A DNA stretch of 64,000 nucleotides from Adineta vaga. Taxonomy: Eukaryota; Animalia; Rotifera. The stretch covers positions 15,376,001-15,440,000 of the forward strand of contig CP075495.1 in assembly GCA_021613535.1 (NCBI GenBank), written 5' to 3'. The notes beneath the pieces are model-generated. The model saw only the letters and a list, made by a program, of their open reading frames with translations, did not search any database and was not told the DNA's origin. Below are positions 12,415 through 25,400 of the stretch, piece after piece (position 1 is the stretch's first letter; each line of letters opens with the position of its first letter). A program made the position numbers and the translations under genes.

Positions 12415-12618
12415 CTTCGTTCTGTTTCACCTTATTCTGAACAACTGAATGTGGATGTATATATCTATATATATGACTGAATTCCGTGAATGTTGATTGT
12501 TTATGTTACGTATATAAATATCGCTTTCTTGTCGTCCGTTGTGATCGTGATGCTACAACTTTGAATACAGTTGACTCGTCCGATGATGAATGAATACAGT
12601 TTTTTTGTTCGTTTATAT

Positions 12619-12769
12619 CAGTCCCAAGCAGACTGAAAAAAATAAGATGGATTAGGTATGAATCAATCACTGACGGTCATCTTTAAGCAAAACTTATATT
12701 CAAATGAATCCATCGTTTTTTTTAGTCAGATTTAAGTTAATTTACTGTCTTTTCGTCTGCTTGGCACTA
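12619..12769. mobile_element. Small MITE, hAT-like termini
   Basis: CAGTCCCAAGCAGAC at 12619 versus GTCTGCTTGGCACTA ending at 12769 (13/15 inverted match); no clear TSD. Confidence 0.45.
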
Positions 12770-14734
12770 CTGGGATATTCGAAGGAAAAAGAAAGAGTCC
12801 TTTTTTGAAGATAATAAACTTTTCTTGCTTCATATAAGAGAATGTTGACAAGTCGCATGGTTTTTTTCGATGAAGTAAAAGAGAAGATAGATAGTACATT
12901 TCTCATCAAATTCGATAGAAAAAGAATATCAATGAAAATAACATTCTTTCATATCGTGGGAGGAACAGCAAAGCAAGTAAAAGTATTATTATCACTAATA
13001 TAAACAAAGATAAAAAGAATTGTTTTTTCTATAATAATACAAAACTCCGAAAATATTTTATTTGATAACAGAATAAACAGACACTTAGTACAAATGAAAT
13101 CATTTGTATTATGAATGATGGTTAACCATTACTTGAAAAGTCATGTGGAACGGACATTGTGATATGTAATGACAATCGTCCTTCCAATCGATTATAATCA
13201 CATGAAGCCTTTAATGATTGACAGAACAGTGAAGAATTTGATAAATTGTATATGAAAACTTTGACTGTTTATAAAGATAGAAGATTTCGTCACGTATTTT
13301 GCTTCTGATTCTATGTACGCCTGATTCTCAATATTTTTCACATACTATCGTATTCTTTATCTGTTTATAAAAAGCAGTTCACACACGAAGTAACACTTAC
13401 ATAAATACTTAATTTTAGTTTTTCACTGCAAAAATTGTATTTCCATCAATATACAGAAAAGAGTATGTATATGTTATTATATGCAAGAGTTTTTTTTTAT
13501 CTTATTCTAGTAAAGAGAAAAAGCGATATGAAGAGTGAAGGATAAAAATCTCTAGTTGAGATTGTAAGTACTAGATAGAATTTTGTCTTACACTTCTTTG
13601 AGTTAAGTTTTTAAGATTTGTTGAGTTGTTACTAATTATAAGCATTGGAACTTGATAAGATAGTTCTAGTGAACATTATTCTATAATGTTGTCTATTTAT
13701 CTAGAATTGATCTACTATGTAATGTTCGAATGTTGAAACGTATTCAATGAAATGTCAGAGGAGAATAAGAAAAACTTCAGTATTAATGATCATTTTTCAT
13801 TTACGTAAAAAATTTGAAGAAGCATTGTAGAAATCATAAACAAACAAAATGAATCGAAGAAAATACTTTATGTTTTATTATCATTTGATTTTTTATCAAA
13901 AATCTGATTGTGTCAATTCATATCACCATTAAAAACTGTTTGCCTATGATATTTTCAACTAAGAATAGATATGATATAATGAGATTGCTATTTGAAAGCA
14001 TCTATTTTTTATTTTTCGATAAATGTTTTGAAAAAAGAACAGTATCTTCACAAGAATTATATCACACAACGATTTTCTAAGTTTGGATATTTTATGTTAT
14101 ATTGAGAAACATCTTATGTTTTCTATGAATCGATTGTTGCTTTCACTTTTCAAATATCGTTGAGAATTGTTCTGGATTTACCTAGTAAAGTATATATCTC
14201 TCTGTCGTCTGCAAATCAAAAACTTCATTTATTCTTCGAGAGTTTTATCAAAGACGATCAGAATTATCATTAATATTATAAACTAAAAATTTCCTATTAT
14301 ATATTTCTATAATTGTAATATTTTCTTATCGAACATCTATGATGCGTGTAAGAGGGATAATATTTTGCATTGACCAATGAGCATGATTGGGTTGGAAGTA
14401 TCTATGAGAAAAGAGCCTCATTTTAGACTTTCTCGTATAGTTTCATTTATAACGATAACTATTTGTAAAACTCACTCAATTATTGTAAATATCCACATGC
14501 TTTAATTCTTCCTGAAAGCGTTGAATTATAAGACTCTTGATCAATTAGAATAAACTTTTGTTTATATCATGATTTTCATGCAAAGGCAGGATTTGTTATC
14601 GCATTCTTATTCATGAACAGTCTAATTTTCATGAAATTATGTATAGATACAACAAATGGCGCAGCAAGACCAGTTACCAATTATTATCCGTTTGGCCGTT
14701 GTTAATCAAGTATTATTTGCTTTTAAGATATGCA

Positions 14735-15416
14735 CAGATGTTCCAAAAACTATCCATACACCTCTGTCATTTATTTTTCTTTGACAAAATTTGAAACTGA
14801 ACATTTTTCATCTGTGATCGTGGTAACTGTGACAATTCTGCATCTCGTGCACTTTTCCTAGGAATTCAACTAGTGAAAAGCATTGAAAACGAGCGGAAAC
14901 ATTAAAATGCAGATTTTCATGTACACAAAATCTTGATTTAAATTGTTTTTGAATGATTTCACCTGGTAGAACACAAAACTCAGAGTAAGATGAGTAGTCA
15001 ACGAACTTTCTACGCGTGACCTACGAATAGTTATGAAGACTTCGAAAACTCAAAAAAGTCGTTTTTTGATGTTTCTATCAGGTTTTTTTGGTATTTTTTG
15101 AGTTTTCGAAGTCTTCATAACTTTTCGTAGGTCACGCGTAGAAAGTTCGTTGACTACTCATCTTACTCTGAGTTTTGTGTTCTACCAGGTGAAATCATTC
15201 AAAAACAATTTAAATCAAGATTTTGTGTACATGAAAATCTGCATTTTAATGTTTCCGCTCGTTTTCAATGCTTTTCACTAGTTGAATTCCTAGGAAAAGT
15301 GCACGAGATGCAGAATTGTCACAGTTACCACGATCACAGATGAAAAATGTTCAGTTTCAAATTTTGTCAAAGAAAAATAAATGACAGAGGTGTATGGATA
15401 GTTTTTGGAACATCTA
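14735..15416. mobile_element. Foldback / long-TIR MITE with Tc1/mariner-like termini
   Basis: Arms 14736-15057 and 15094-15415 (322 bp each) are reverse complements with one mismatch seen; 36-bp spacer. The terminus CAGATGTTCCAAAAACTATCCATAC resembles Tc1-type TIRs; TA on the right flank. Confidence 0.85.
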
Positions 15417-16302
15417 TATATTCATTAGAAGAATATCCTTTCTTTTACTGCAATAGTACAACAACTACCTGGCGGGGAGAATTAACCATCATTGTAACCA
15501 TCTATCTGATCCAGTAAAGGAGAATGATAGTCGAGTTGACGATCGAGAAGATACTTGGAGCCGAATTCGCTACATACAACCGATATATGGTAGGTTTCAG
15601 TACGTTCAATAATATTTTTTCGAATATTCTTTCTTTATTTCATTTTTTTCGATAACGCGAGGCAGTATTTGGCTCAACATCAGCCACCAAATCAAGAACA
15701 AAATCCATAATTCCTCCAAATTCTTTGTGAAAATTGAATCAAATTTGAATTCGCAACTAATTTATTCTTAATATGCACAACATTCTATATCGACAAATGT
15801 CGGTCTACATTATATATTAAAATATATATAGAAATCGCATGTCTTCAATTTTTTCCATATATTCTCCATTTGTTTAAGTATCCTGATTGTTCTTAAACGC
15901 ACATTAACTTGCTGTAATTGTGAATATTAATATTTCAAAAGAATATTCAGATACATTCATGAAATATACAAATAATTAACCGTCAGTTTGTTATTTTATA
16001 TCTCTCAAAACGGTTGAATATATTATTTTTTCAGTTCAGATTGAAGTATGTCTTGAGCGATCCAAAACTTTCCGTTGTTATTCACTTGATGAAAACATAT
16101 ATAATTCACTGAATATGCTGTTCTGTTCATTAAATTATGTTTGGCAATGAATATTGCAGTAACATGCGAAATCGATATAGATCAGTGTACAGAAGGAATC
16201 GATGTTTTTAAAACTCATTCATACATTTTTATTTTTATCTTTGGAACAAAATAATCTTGTGAGGTTTAGAATGTTATTGAAAGATATGAAACTACAGTAA
16301 TA

Positions 16303-16521
16303 TCATAGATGAATGTGATGTTTTTCTCCATTGGTTCGTGTCAAATCTTTTGTGAAATCGTGCATCAATCTTTGAAAAGTACGATAATCGACATGAAGTT
16401 TGATATGATTTGTCAGACGTATATTGTTTCTATCTGGAAATTCTTCTAAATAATCATCATGAGAACAATTAATGATAAGTAGATGAAGATATGGATATTT
16501 TAACATTTTGGTTGCTTTCAT
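16303..16521 (-). pseudogene. Remnant C-terminus of an F-box family gene
   Basis: KYPYLHLLII..HDDYLEEF...HVDYRTFQRLMHDFTKDLTRTNG aligns with HFSHLVELE..HVDYVEQF...ISYQQLAHVTKDFTRNTTRSNC of the 10658 gene; no N-terminal part found. Confidence 0.65.
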
Positions 16522-16813
16522 TTGACTGTGAATCTTTTTTGTAGCTTTTTGAGAAAAAAAACAATTATCTGATAACTTGTCTTAAACTTTTGATTCCTAT
16601 TTCATTTACAAAATGAATTTTATTTGTAAAAAGAATTTCGAGAAAATAAATGTCATTTTTCTTCGACTACTTGGTATTAAGAATATAATGAGAAATAATC
16701 AATTCAAACTGATTTCTTTTATTTATTTTTTCTCATATAAACAGACTACAACAAATAAAATAAAGCACTACGTTGTAGCGTTCTATATACAAAATTAAAA
16801 TACCGAAATGATA

Positions 16814-17154
16814 TGGGAGTGACCAATTTGACTGATACCCCAAGATACGGAATAGGAAATGATACTATTCTAAGGAGGCGTATATAATGAATTTTATACC
16901 AAATGAAAGTTCGTCAAAAATGGTATTTATTAATACTGAAAAATAAGGATTTTGTGAACTCTATAATATTAAAAAGGAGAAATCTTCTACATTGAAAAAT
17001 ATTAAAAAATTCACAAAATCCTTATTATTTAGTATTAATAAATACCATTTTTGACGAGCTTTCAGGTGGTATAAAATTCATTATATACTCCTCCTTAAAA
17101 TAATATCATTTCCTATTCTGTATCTTGGAGTATCAGTCAAATTGGTCACTCCCA
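16814..17154. mobile_element. MITE with long imperfect TIRs and TA target duplication
   Basis: TA|TGGGAGTGACCAATTTGACTGATAC ... GTATCAGTCAAATTGGTCACTCCCA|TA; ~135-bp arms with scattered mismatches. Confidence 0.85.
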
Positions 17155-17169
17155 TATATTATTATTTAT

Positions 17170-18460
17170 TTAATGATGTTGGGTACAGTTGTGATTGATC
17201 AGATGATCTTGAACTAGATGAATTTCGTTGTAGTTGGCGTGAATGTAAAGTATTTGAAATATTCTTTTACAAATAATCGAACTTGGCATTTATGAAAGCG
17301 GAAAATGTGAAGAAGGATAAAACTTTTCCATTAATTCTAGTATAAGTCCAAGATTCCTTGTTACAATTCTGTGATTTTATACAGTTGATGTAGGATTTTA
17401 TTTTCTCGTTGGTGTTGTTAAGAAAATAAAAGTCATATTTGATAAAAATACATATAATATAACACTTTGTTCTTTCCAGTCTTTATATTTTCATGTACTT
17501 AAACTATGTCGAAATTGATACGCGCAATGTCGTAAACCAAATATTAATACAACAATATTTGTTGATATAATTATAATTGGTAAAATAAAAATCAAATCTG
17601 TTAATGAGTATGTGTAGTCATAAGGGTATGTAATATGCATTATCATATGAGAATAGTATTGAATTATTAAAGTGTTACAAAGCAATATGAAATATCATAA
17701 GGTAAAGCAAGAAACGGATAATTATAAATAATAGCAAATATAATAAGAAACATTGTTATTATAAATTCAACGTTTTCGAGTTATTAAATAACGTCGATCA
17801 GTTTTCTATACTTTTAAATTACGTTTAATGCCTAAAAAACCGATTTTTCTGTTGCTTCATCTAATGCACAAAGAAATAAATAAGATACGGTTAGTTTTTG
17901 TTGTGATGATGATTGCATACCTAAAATGATAATGAGTGATATACTACAACATAAATAAAGTGTAAGTTTTACAAATGTGTATCAATAATGATTATGAATT
18001 GTAATGGAGTAAAGATACTAAACATATTGATTGTTGATAACATTCTTTGGCAACAGCTTGTGAATAAATTGATTTGTGAAACATATGTGTTGTTGATTTT
18101 AATGTAAAATATGAATAGAATTATTAGATGAGTTTACATCCTTTAAAATTTATCATAATAATACTTGTTTTCTAAACGTTGTGAAAAAAGATTTTGGTTG
18201 TAATAAATGATTCAATATAAATCAATGCATCTGTAACAAAAGTTTTTTTTTCAACGTCTTGCTACAATCATCTTACGAATACCTAACATTCGAGTCATTC
18301 ATGATTTAACAAAAACGAATCAATCCGATAATATAATATCTAATTAAATCATTTGCTAACAAATTCTTTTCGAATCAAATCATTACAATATTTCTATTAT
18401 TTCGCAAGAGAAGAATGCAATACCTATTTCCAAATCATAATTATTATAGAAGTCTTTATT
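17170..18460 (-). pseudogene. Heavily decayed gene with hydrophobic segments downstream of PGLS copy 2
   Basis: Stop-riddled protein-like frame, an intron-like GTAAAAC...TTTTAG at ~17970-17921, and hydrophobic ORF 17491..17685. Positions 18150-18560 are homologous to ~32330-32770 behind PGLS copy 3. Confidence 0.3.
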
Positions 18461-18585
18461 TAAATGAAGACTTTCATATTATATATCTTTATTGGAACTA
18501 TTCCTCATGATAAAAATAAATGTTGTGAAAATAAAGGGATTAGAAAAGCGAAAGTTTTTGAAAATAATCATTCGAGAGTCGTTCT

Positions 18586-19346
18586 CTATAATTTGGAAGC
18601 AGCAGTTTTATCAAGACACCAAATCAAATCATTAACTTGACCAATTGGATATTTCGTATTTTTATCTTTTAGAACTTCTTTAACAATCGTTGATTTACTT
18701 TCACCAGTAACAACAACAATTTTATATTTCGATTGATTTATTGTATTTAATGTTAATGTAACACGTTCAGGTGGTGGTTTTGGTGAATCTTTAACAAATG
18801 TTACTAAACCTTGATTAACATTTAAAACCGAATGATCAGGAAATAGACTTGCTGTATGTCCATCTGGTCCCATACCGAGTAAAACAATATCAAATGTCTG
18901 AAAGAAAAGAAAATTGAAATTTACTTTTTGAAAGAAAAAACAAAACAAACTTGATCATTTTCATTTAATAATTCATTTAATTTATTTTCATAATCTTGTG
19001 CACATTGTTCAACAGATTTTAAATCTGGATCAATTTTAATAACATTTTTATCAGTTAAAGGTAATTTTCGAAATAATTTTGTTTGATAATTTGAATAAGT
19101 TGAATCATCTGATGTAAATGAAACAAATCTTTCATCAACAAAAAAAAATCGAAGATGAGCCCAAGGTAATTGTAAACGAGGTAGAATTGATTGTAAAAGA
19201 TCAATTAATGATCCACCTGATAAACCAATTGTTATTAATTGTTTTTCTTTGATTAATTTTAAAACAATTTCTTCAAGTTGATAACCAAATTTTTCAGATA
19301 AAATTTCATTATTATCAATTATATTAATATTTGATAAAGAACACAT
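18586..19346 (-). CDS. PGLS: 6-phosphogluconolactonase, copy 2 (exons 19346-18951, 18897-18586)
   Basis: Same motifs as copy 1; 53-bp GT-AG intron. Confidence 0.95.
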
Positions 19347-19437
19347 TTCTTTTTCTAAAAGAAAAGCATTTGAAATATAAAAAAAGAATGTCTTGTCAAT
19401 AGATTTATTTTCTCATAAATAAAAGAAGAAAAGAATG
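19347..19437 (-). promoter_or_regulatory. 91-bp intergenic region: poly(A) signal, U-rich tract and unpaired 3' splice acceptor (candidate trans-splice site)
   Basis: Minus strand: stop TAA, AATAAA (19409-19404), TTCTTTTTTTATATTT, then TTTTCTTTTAG|AAAAAGAA-ATG. No GT dinucleotide between the stop and the acceptor; repeated at 33554-33644. Confidence 0.5.
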
Positions 19438-20463
19438 TTAGTTTTGGACATTTTCAAAAAGAATATTTCTTAAATTTTGATAACAATCTAATCTTAATTT
19501 TGCATAATTAACATAATCAAAATCCAATAATGAAACATGTGATTGAACTAAAGCCCAAAGTCCCCACATTAAATGTGAAAGTGCAGAAAATTGATCAATT
19601 AAATGACATAATTTATCATCAATACTTTGTTTTTCTATTCCACGTGTTTGAAAATAGATTTTTAACCAACGTTTTTGTTCATCATTTGTTGGATATAAAC
19701 TAAAATCTGCATCATCAACACCTGCATATTCTACAAAATGATTTGCAACATCAAATAACGCATAATTAATATGTGTATATTCAAAATCAATAAATGAAAT
19801 TTTATCAGATTTTTTATCATAAATTATATTTTTAACTAATAAATCATTATGACAAAGAACAAGATCTTTTCCTAATTGAGGATTTGGTATTAAATAAGGA
19901 AGAATTTTTGTTTCAATAATATTAACATCAGATATTAATTGACAAATATCTTTTATATGATTTTTTTCAATTAAATTAATAAATTTTCTTATTAATTTTA
20001 TAACAAATGGTTTTTCATTTTGTTCTTTTAATGGAATATTATGAAATTGTGCTAATTTAATTGCAATTAATTTTGAAATGTTTTCTTCTCGTACATTTTC
20101 TCTTGAACATGCTTGACCAGGTGCAAATTCATAAATAATTCCATTTTGAAATTGTATTAAAACATGTTGAGATAAAACATTATTTTCCGATAATTGAGTC
20201 ATTGCATTTAATTCAGCATGACGATCAATAAATAATTCTGTATGTTCACCAAATAATTTAATAACTAATGCATCAGATTCATCATCAAGTGTTCGAGTAT
20301 TAAAAAGACCTAAGATAGAATTTGTTATACCTTCAGTAAATGTTATTAAACGTGTATTTGAAGAATTCCAATCAGGTCGAATAATTGAGATTAATTCATA
20401 GATTTCTTCAGAAATATTGGTTAAAGATAAACTTTTATCTTTAATAATTGGTTGAGAATTCAT
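19438..20463 (-). CDS. ETNK1: Ethanolamine kinase, copy 2
   Basis: 341-aa ORF with the same choline/ethanolamine kinase motifs as copy 1. Confidence 0.92.
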   Translation of the reverse strand: MNSQPIIKDKSLSLTNISEEIYELISIIRPDWNSSNTRLITFTEGITNSILGLFNTRTLDDESDALVIKLFGEHTELFIDRHAELNAMTQLSENNVLSQHVLIQFQNGIIYEFAPGQACSRENVREENISKLIAIKLAQFHNIPLKEQNEKPFVIKLIRKFINLIEKNHIKDICQLISDVNIIETKILPYLIPNPQLGKDLVLCHNDLLVKNIIYDKKSDKISFIDFEYTHINYALFDVANHFVEYAGVDDADFSLYPTNDEQKRWLKIYFQTRGIEKQSIDDKLCHLIDQFSALSHLMWGLWALVQSHVSLLDFDYVNYAKLRLDCYQNLRNILFENVQN

Positions 20464-20740
20464 CTTGAAATAAACAATTCTTTTTATTATTATTATATAT
20501 ATTTTTCTTTCTTTTGTTTATTATCCTACACTTGATATTTCTATAGAAAATGATTAATCGAACTACTTACGTGTTTTGTAAATATTTTTCATTCGCTATT
20601 ACTCATCTATTCAAACCGTTCTCGATCTGGTTGAAAGAGTGTTTCTACTATAGATAAACTAACGAACCAATCGAAGAATGAAATAAATTGAAACAAATAG
20701 AAATATTCTTGTGAATATTAACAAGTTTTTATTGTCAATG

Positions 20741-21590
20741 TTATTTAACAGCAAGAACAAGAATTCTTATTGGAAGAAGTTCACGAACAATTTGTTTTAA
20801 TTTTGATCGTTGATCTTTAATAACAGTAAAACCAGCTCGATGAGCAATATCATAAAATTGTTCACCAGTACGAACATAATATTGATCATCAGGATCAAAT
20901 TCTGGTTCTTGACCATTTGCAACAGAATTATCTTTTATCACAATTAAACCATTCTTTTTTAATGTTAATTTTAATTTTCTTAAAAGTTGAACAAGATCAT
21001 CACCATCTAAATAACCTAAAACCCCTGAAAAAAACAACAAGATAAAAGAATTTTATCATTTCGAAAATATCAAACTGAAACTTTACATTGTGCCCAAATC
21101 ATATCATATTTTGGAAAATTTTCTAATTGAAGATCTCCAATTGAACCAACAAATGCTTTACCAATTTTATCGTTTTCTCCGTTTTCATCAAATAAAGCTC
21201 GTGTTTGTTGACAATATTCTTCTAATAAATCATTTATATCAATATGATCAAAATAACGAGATAAGAGAGATTTTGTTACTCGACCAATTCCACAACCTAA
21301 TTCAAGACAATATGATGTTTCTAATTTTCCATTTGATTGCTGAAAAAAACAAAAGAAATAAAGAGATGTTATTTGTGTCTATGAAGACAAACTTTAATTA
21401 ATGTTTGAATTAATTGATTGGATTCTTGAATATCTGGATCATGTACTTGTGTATATCCACCTAACATTGTATCAAAAGTTTTTGGTTTTGATGAATAATA
21501 ATCTCGTGTAATTGTTTGTCTTTCTTGAACATCTTCACGTTCACCTTCCATACGTTCAGGCACTTCCGAAGTTTCTTTCTTTGTCGGCAT
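20741..21590 (-). CDS. NTMT1: NTMT1/METTL11-family alpha-N-methyltransferase, copy 2 (3 exons)
   Basis: TFDTMLGGY, DIQES, CLELGCGIGRVTKSLL (SAM motif I), YDMIWAQW-VLGYL, GLIVIKDN and ELLPIR match the NTMT1 motif order; two short GT-AG introns. Confidence 0.85.
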
Positions 21591-23164
21591 ATTTTCACGA
21601 GAAAAGAAATTTTAAATAATGAATATCAATATCTACTGTTTCTTCATATTCAATGATAGCTTTATTCAACCAATAAGAAAAAATTGTATGTATATATATG
21701 TAAGAGGGCACGTACGTCTTAGAAAAGAAGGGAACAAATAAAGGAGAACAATAATTGAAATTTGTGAACGTAAATTTAAAATAAATTGGATTCAATAATA
21801 TATTATGACTAGTTTGCGATCAAAAATTATTGTTTCAATCTAAAGATGTTTCGAATGAAAAATTCAATAGCACGCTTTTTCTATAAATTGTAATCGAAAA
21901 AATAAAAATATTACCGAACTTCAATATCAAAATTTGAAATTCACATAATTGAGATATATTCTTGAAAACAATTAGGCTAAAGGTAATCTATTATCTAAGA
22001 AATTTCATTTATTAAATGTATGGTGAGACAAATGGATATCACTACAACTACATACAAATCTAGGCATTCATAGTCACAGAAGATTAACGTAGTATTTTAA
22101 AGAATGATCGAACGCAAGCGAGTGAATTTTCTAATTTATTTTCTGCTTTTGTCTATCGATTCGAGGTGAAATTTGGAAAAAGATCTACATAGGTGTTTGT
22201 GTGAAAAAGGAAAACGAAAAACACACATGTGTAGTGATATTGACTCAATTTCAGTGATGTAAAAGACAAAACGGCAGATTTATTATTCGAACTTAACTAT
22301 TATTGGTGGATTCAAACACAAATATGACATCCATAGTTCCATTTTCATATTCGTCTCTCGACAAATTCCTCAGAAATGGTGGATACGCTCGACATCGTAT
22401 AGAATGTATCACATTGGTCACACGTATCTATTATCGTAATACTCTGCCGTCTTGGAATACTATTGTTTATTGTATGTTGTCATATTGGCATTAAATAATG
22501 GAGTATTATGGAAAGAGCGCAACATTTAAATTTAAATGACCGTACTGGAACTTCTCAGGTAGATGATACAGAAGGACCATTTATTCTGTATATGCGTGAT
22601 AGAAAAAAGTAATATATGCAACGAAAATAGAACAAGATGTTTAGTTATCTTTTTTTTCCCCTGCATACGGAGCTTTTCGATCAGCAAATACTTAAATGTA
22701 GCTTACGTCCCTACGTCTACTATATTCATTTGGACTGGTTTCTTATTATACTTGTATTATGCCATCTTTTCTTTCTTTTTATTTTTTTCTTGTTCTTTTA
22801 TTAATACCAGTCTTCTATCTACATATTACATACATTGTTGTAGCACAAGCTGTAAAAATTTTCTATTTCTGTGTTAACTGTCATTAAATGCATATGGTCA
22901 TGTATATGACTAGCTGTACAGAATAGTCAAGAATCGTATGTGCTTTCGAGTGAAACGACTATTAAATAAAAGCATAATTAAAAAAAAGTATGTATCACAT
23001 GTTGTTCTTTCTGGCCGAGATTGACAGTCCTGACAAAAAGATCGTCAAAATTGAATAGAATGACGTCTGTAATATATATAAACGAAATAATAATTCATAT
23101 AATAGTCTATTAAATTTCAATCTGAATTTACAGAAAAAAAGAGAGTTTTTTTCCAACGGAAAAC

Positions 23165-23505
23165 TGAGGACTTAGGACTAAAAACTAAAGATTAAAGACT
23201 AAGAAAAACAAGGACTGACGGACTAGCGAACTAACTGGGCTTACGGATTCGCAGACTCAGAACGATTAACACATTTTAGTCCGTTAGTCCGTCGAAGGCG
23301 TAAAGGTCAGGGTGATGAGTACAGTGCCTAAGTGAGGATGTAAGACAGGATGATGAAGGTGATAGCTGATGGTTATAAGGGCGGTATCTGATTGGTGGTA
23401 TCTTAATTAAATTCACCTGATATGTTCGAATTGTAAGGAATTTATTATTTTCTATATATTGATTAGAAGTGTATTGATTTGTTAGTCCGATTAGTCTTGG
23501 TACTG
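23165..23505. mobile_element. Degenerate DNA-transposon remnant with GGACTAA/TTAGTCC subterminal repeats
   Basis: Clustered GGACT(A/G)A repeats at 23168-23235 and inverted TTAGTCCG repeats at 23277-23290 and 23482-23496, ending TTAGTCTTGGTACTG (similar to the 12619 MITE terminus). Left end not found. Confidence 0.4.
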
Positions 23506-24355
23506 AATATATATGCGATGACCGTTGTTTTTTTCAAAATTCAATTTGAAATATAAAAAACCATAGACTCTAATGATTATGAGAGAAGAAAAAGTTAAAT
23601 TTAGGTAGTAGATGATTATTTCTCCGTTGATGAAAAACGTAGGTATAGACTGTTATTTAACCAATCGTTATTATTTTCGTCTTTTTCGCAACAAAAGTTC
23701 TTTTCTTTTACAAATGATGTTCAGTTCAACGGGAATTTTGTTTTATGATTTAGTTATTACAAGTGAAACGAAAGCAAACACAACTGATAAACATTCATAA
23801 CAGCACAAAGATGAAACTAGTTCAATGTTTGCTATTACTGGAATCCGTTCACTGGAATAATTTACTTACCGCTATCCATCAAATGTCAATGAAAATTATT
23901 TTGATTACGATGGAGCTAGTTAGATTAGAACGTCAGCTAATTCAAATGGCAGAAAATATTTTATTAATGATCTTCTCTAGATCTTCATGTCTACGAAAAA
24001 CGTGATGCTTACCATACTAATGAAGTATTGATTCAATTCGTTTTTTCGACCTAGTCATTCAAATTTGTATAAATATCCTGATTTCGTTGTTGGTTCAATC
24101 CACTTTTTTGTCATGTCTTTTTTTAGATTGTTCATATGTCGATGAGTTCTGATGAATAACTTTCAATTTACATGGTAACAATATGTATATGAAACATAGA
24201 ATTTGGAGACGTGACTGTCTAAAAGTAAGATAGGTGTTCACACTCACCCTAATTTATTAATATTAACTTGCCTTTATTGTTGTGATCAAGTCGTTAAATG
24301 TCTTCTGAATAACAGATCTTAAGGAGAACTAACAAACCAGCATGAACATATTAGT

Positions 24356-24660
24356 GTGGAAAATATTTCAACTATAAATACTGTTCATTATTCATGTTTT
24401 CAAAGACACTTTCATATTGCACAAAACTTAATCGATTTTACTAATGCTAATGTTACTCACACTATCAATAATTATTCTTCATTATTATATGGAATTATGA
24501 AAAATCGTTTAAATGTTGTTCAATTGCTTATTAAGAATCAATATTCGTATATTGTAATGCTACTCGAACATTTGATAGAAAGAGACACTCACCATTAACG
24601 TGTGCATGTTCGATAAATAATTATTTATTTGTTCAATATTTACTTTAGAATGGAACTGAT
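24356..24660 (+). pseudogene. Ankyrin-repeat gene remnant
   Basis: TVHYSCFQRHFHIAQNLIDFTNANV, SLLYGIMKNRLNVVQLLIKN and, after a frameshift, PLTCACSINNYLFVQYLL*NGTD: degenerate ANK repeats with a stop. Confidence 0.6.
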
Positions 24661-25239
24661 AGATTTTCTATCAGCCTAAGATCGAATTTAATCAATACAG
24701 TATTGAAGTATAGTTAATCCATTATTTGAATAGCTTTCTTTACATTTTAAAGTAAAATGCTATTGCAAAATGCTCAAAATGAACCATTATTCCCATAGTA
24801 TAATGAATTATCTACTGAGCTGTATCGAAAAAAATAGTGATGATGATAGTTTAATAGTATGTATTATACTTGATAAACTGTCTCTATATATAGAATGGTG
24901 TAGAAAAATATACTCCTCTTTCCTATACTTTTAGATCATACTTCGATTGATTATTTATAGCAATAAAGTCTCAACGATACTAGTTTGTCTATCATGTGTC
25001 ATGGTTATATAATTGAATATTATCTGCAATATTCAGTCTTTTCTAGATCTTCAGTTTTTATTTCTCTTTTCTTTAACCTTTTCTCTTGCTTCTTCAGAGA
25101 CTTTACCGTATATTCGTATCATCATACACAAAGATTAATGTTTCTTTCACGGTACTTGATGTGCAATACTGTATTGTATGGAAAGTAAAGAAAATAAAAT
25201 TAAGTCTAGTATTAACACTCCTCACTTTTGTTTTTCATG

Positions 25240-25400
25240 TAAAAAGGAAAAATGTTGGTTTTTTATTAAAATACGAACCAGACTTGACATTCAAGTAACA
25301 GCTTTCTACAATGAATTGCGTAGTGTTTTCGGTGATGAAGCTCCTTCCTTCCTAACAGTTACAAGACGGACACAATGGTTTCGCAAAGGTATAAAAATAA
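25240..25400 (+). mobile_element. Mariner transposase N-terminal HTH fragment
   Basis: KEKCWFFIKIRTRLDIQVTAFYNELRSVFGDEAPSFLTVTRRTQWFRKG matches the Mos1-type HTH pattern (EL..V.GD.APS..TV..W...F..G); no DDD domain follows. Confidence 0.75.

Noticed and set aside
13040-14600. Possible decayed coding sequence
   Set aside because: Only short protein-like fragments with many stops; no family could be assigned.
19347-19460. Cis-spliced ethanolamine kinase-PGLS fusion protein
   Set aside because: The nearest GT (GAAAAT|GTCCAA) is a poor donor, and joining it to the acceptor puts PGLS out of frame.
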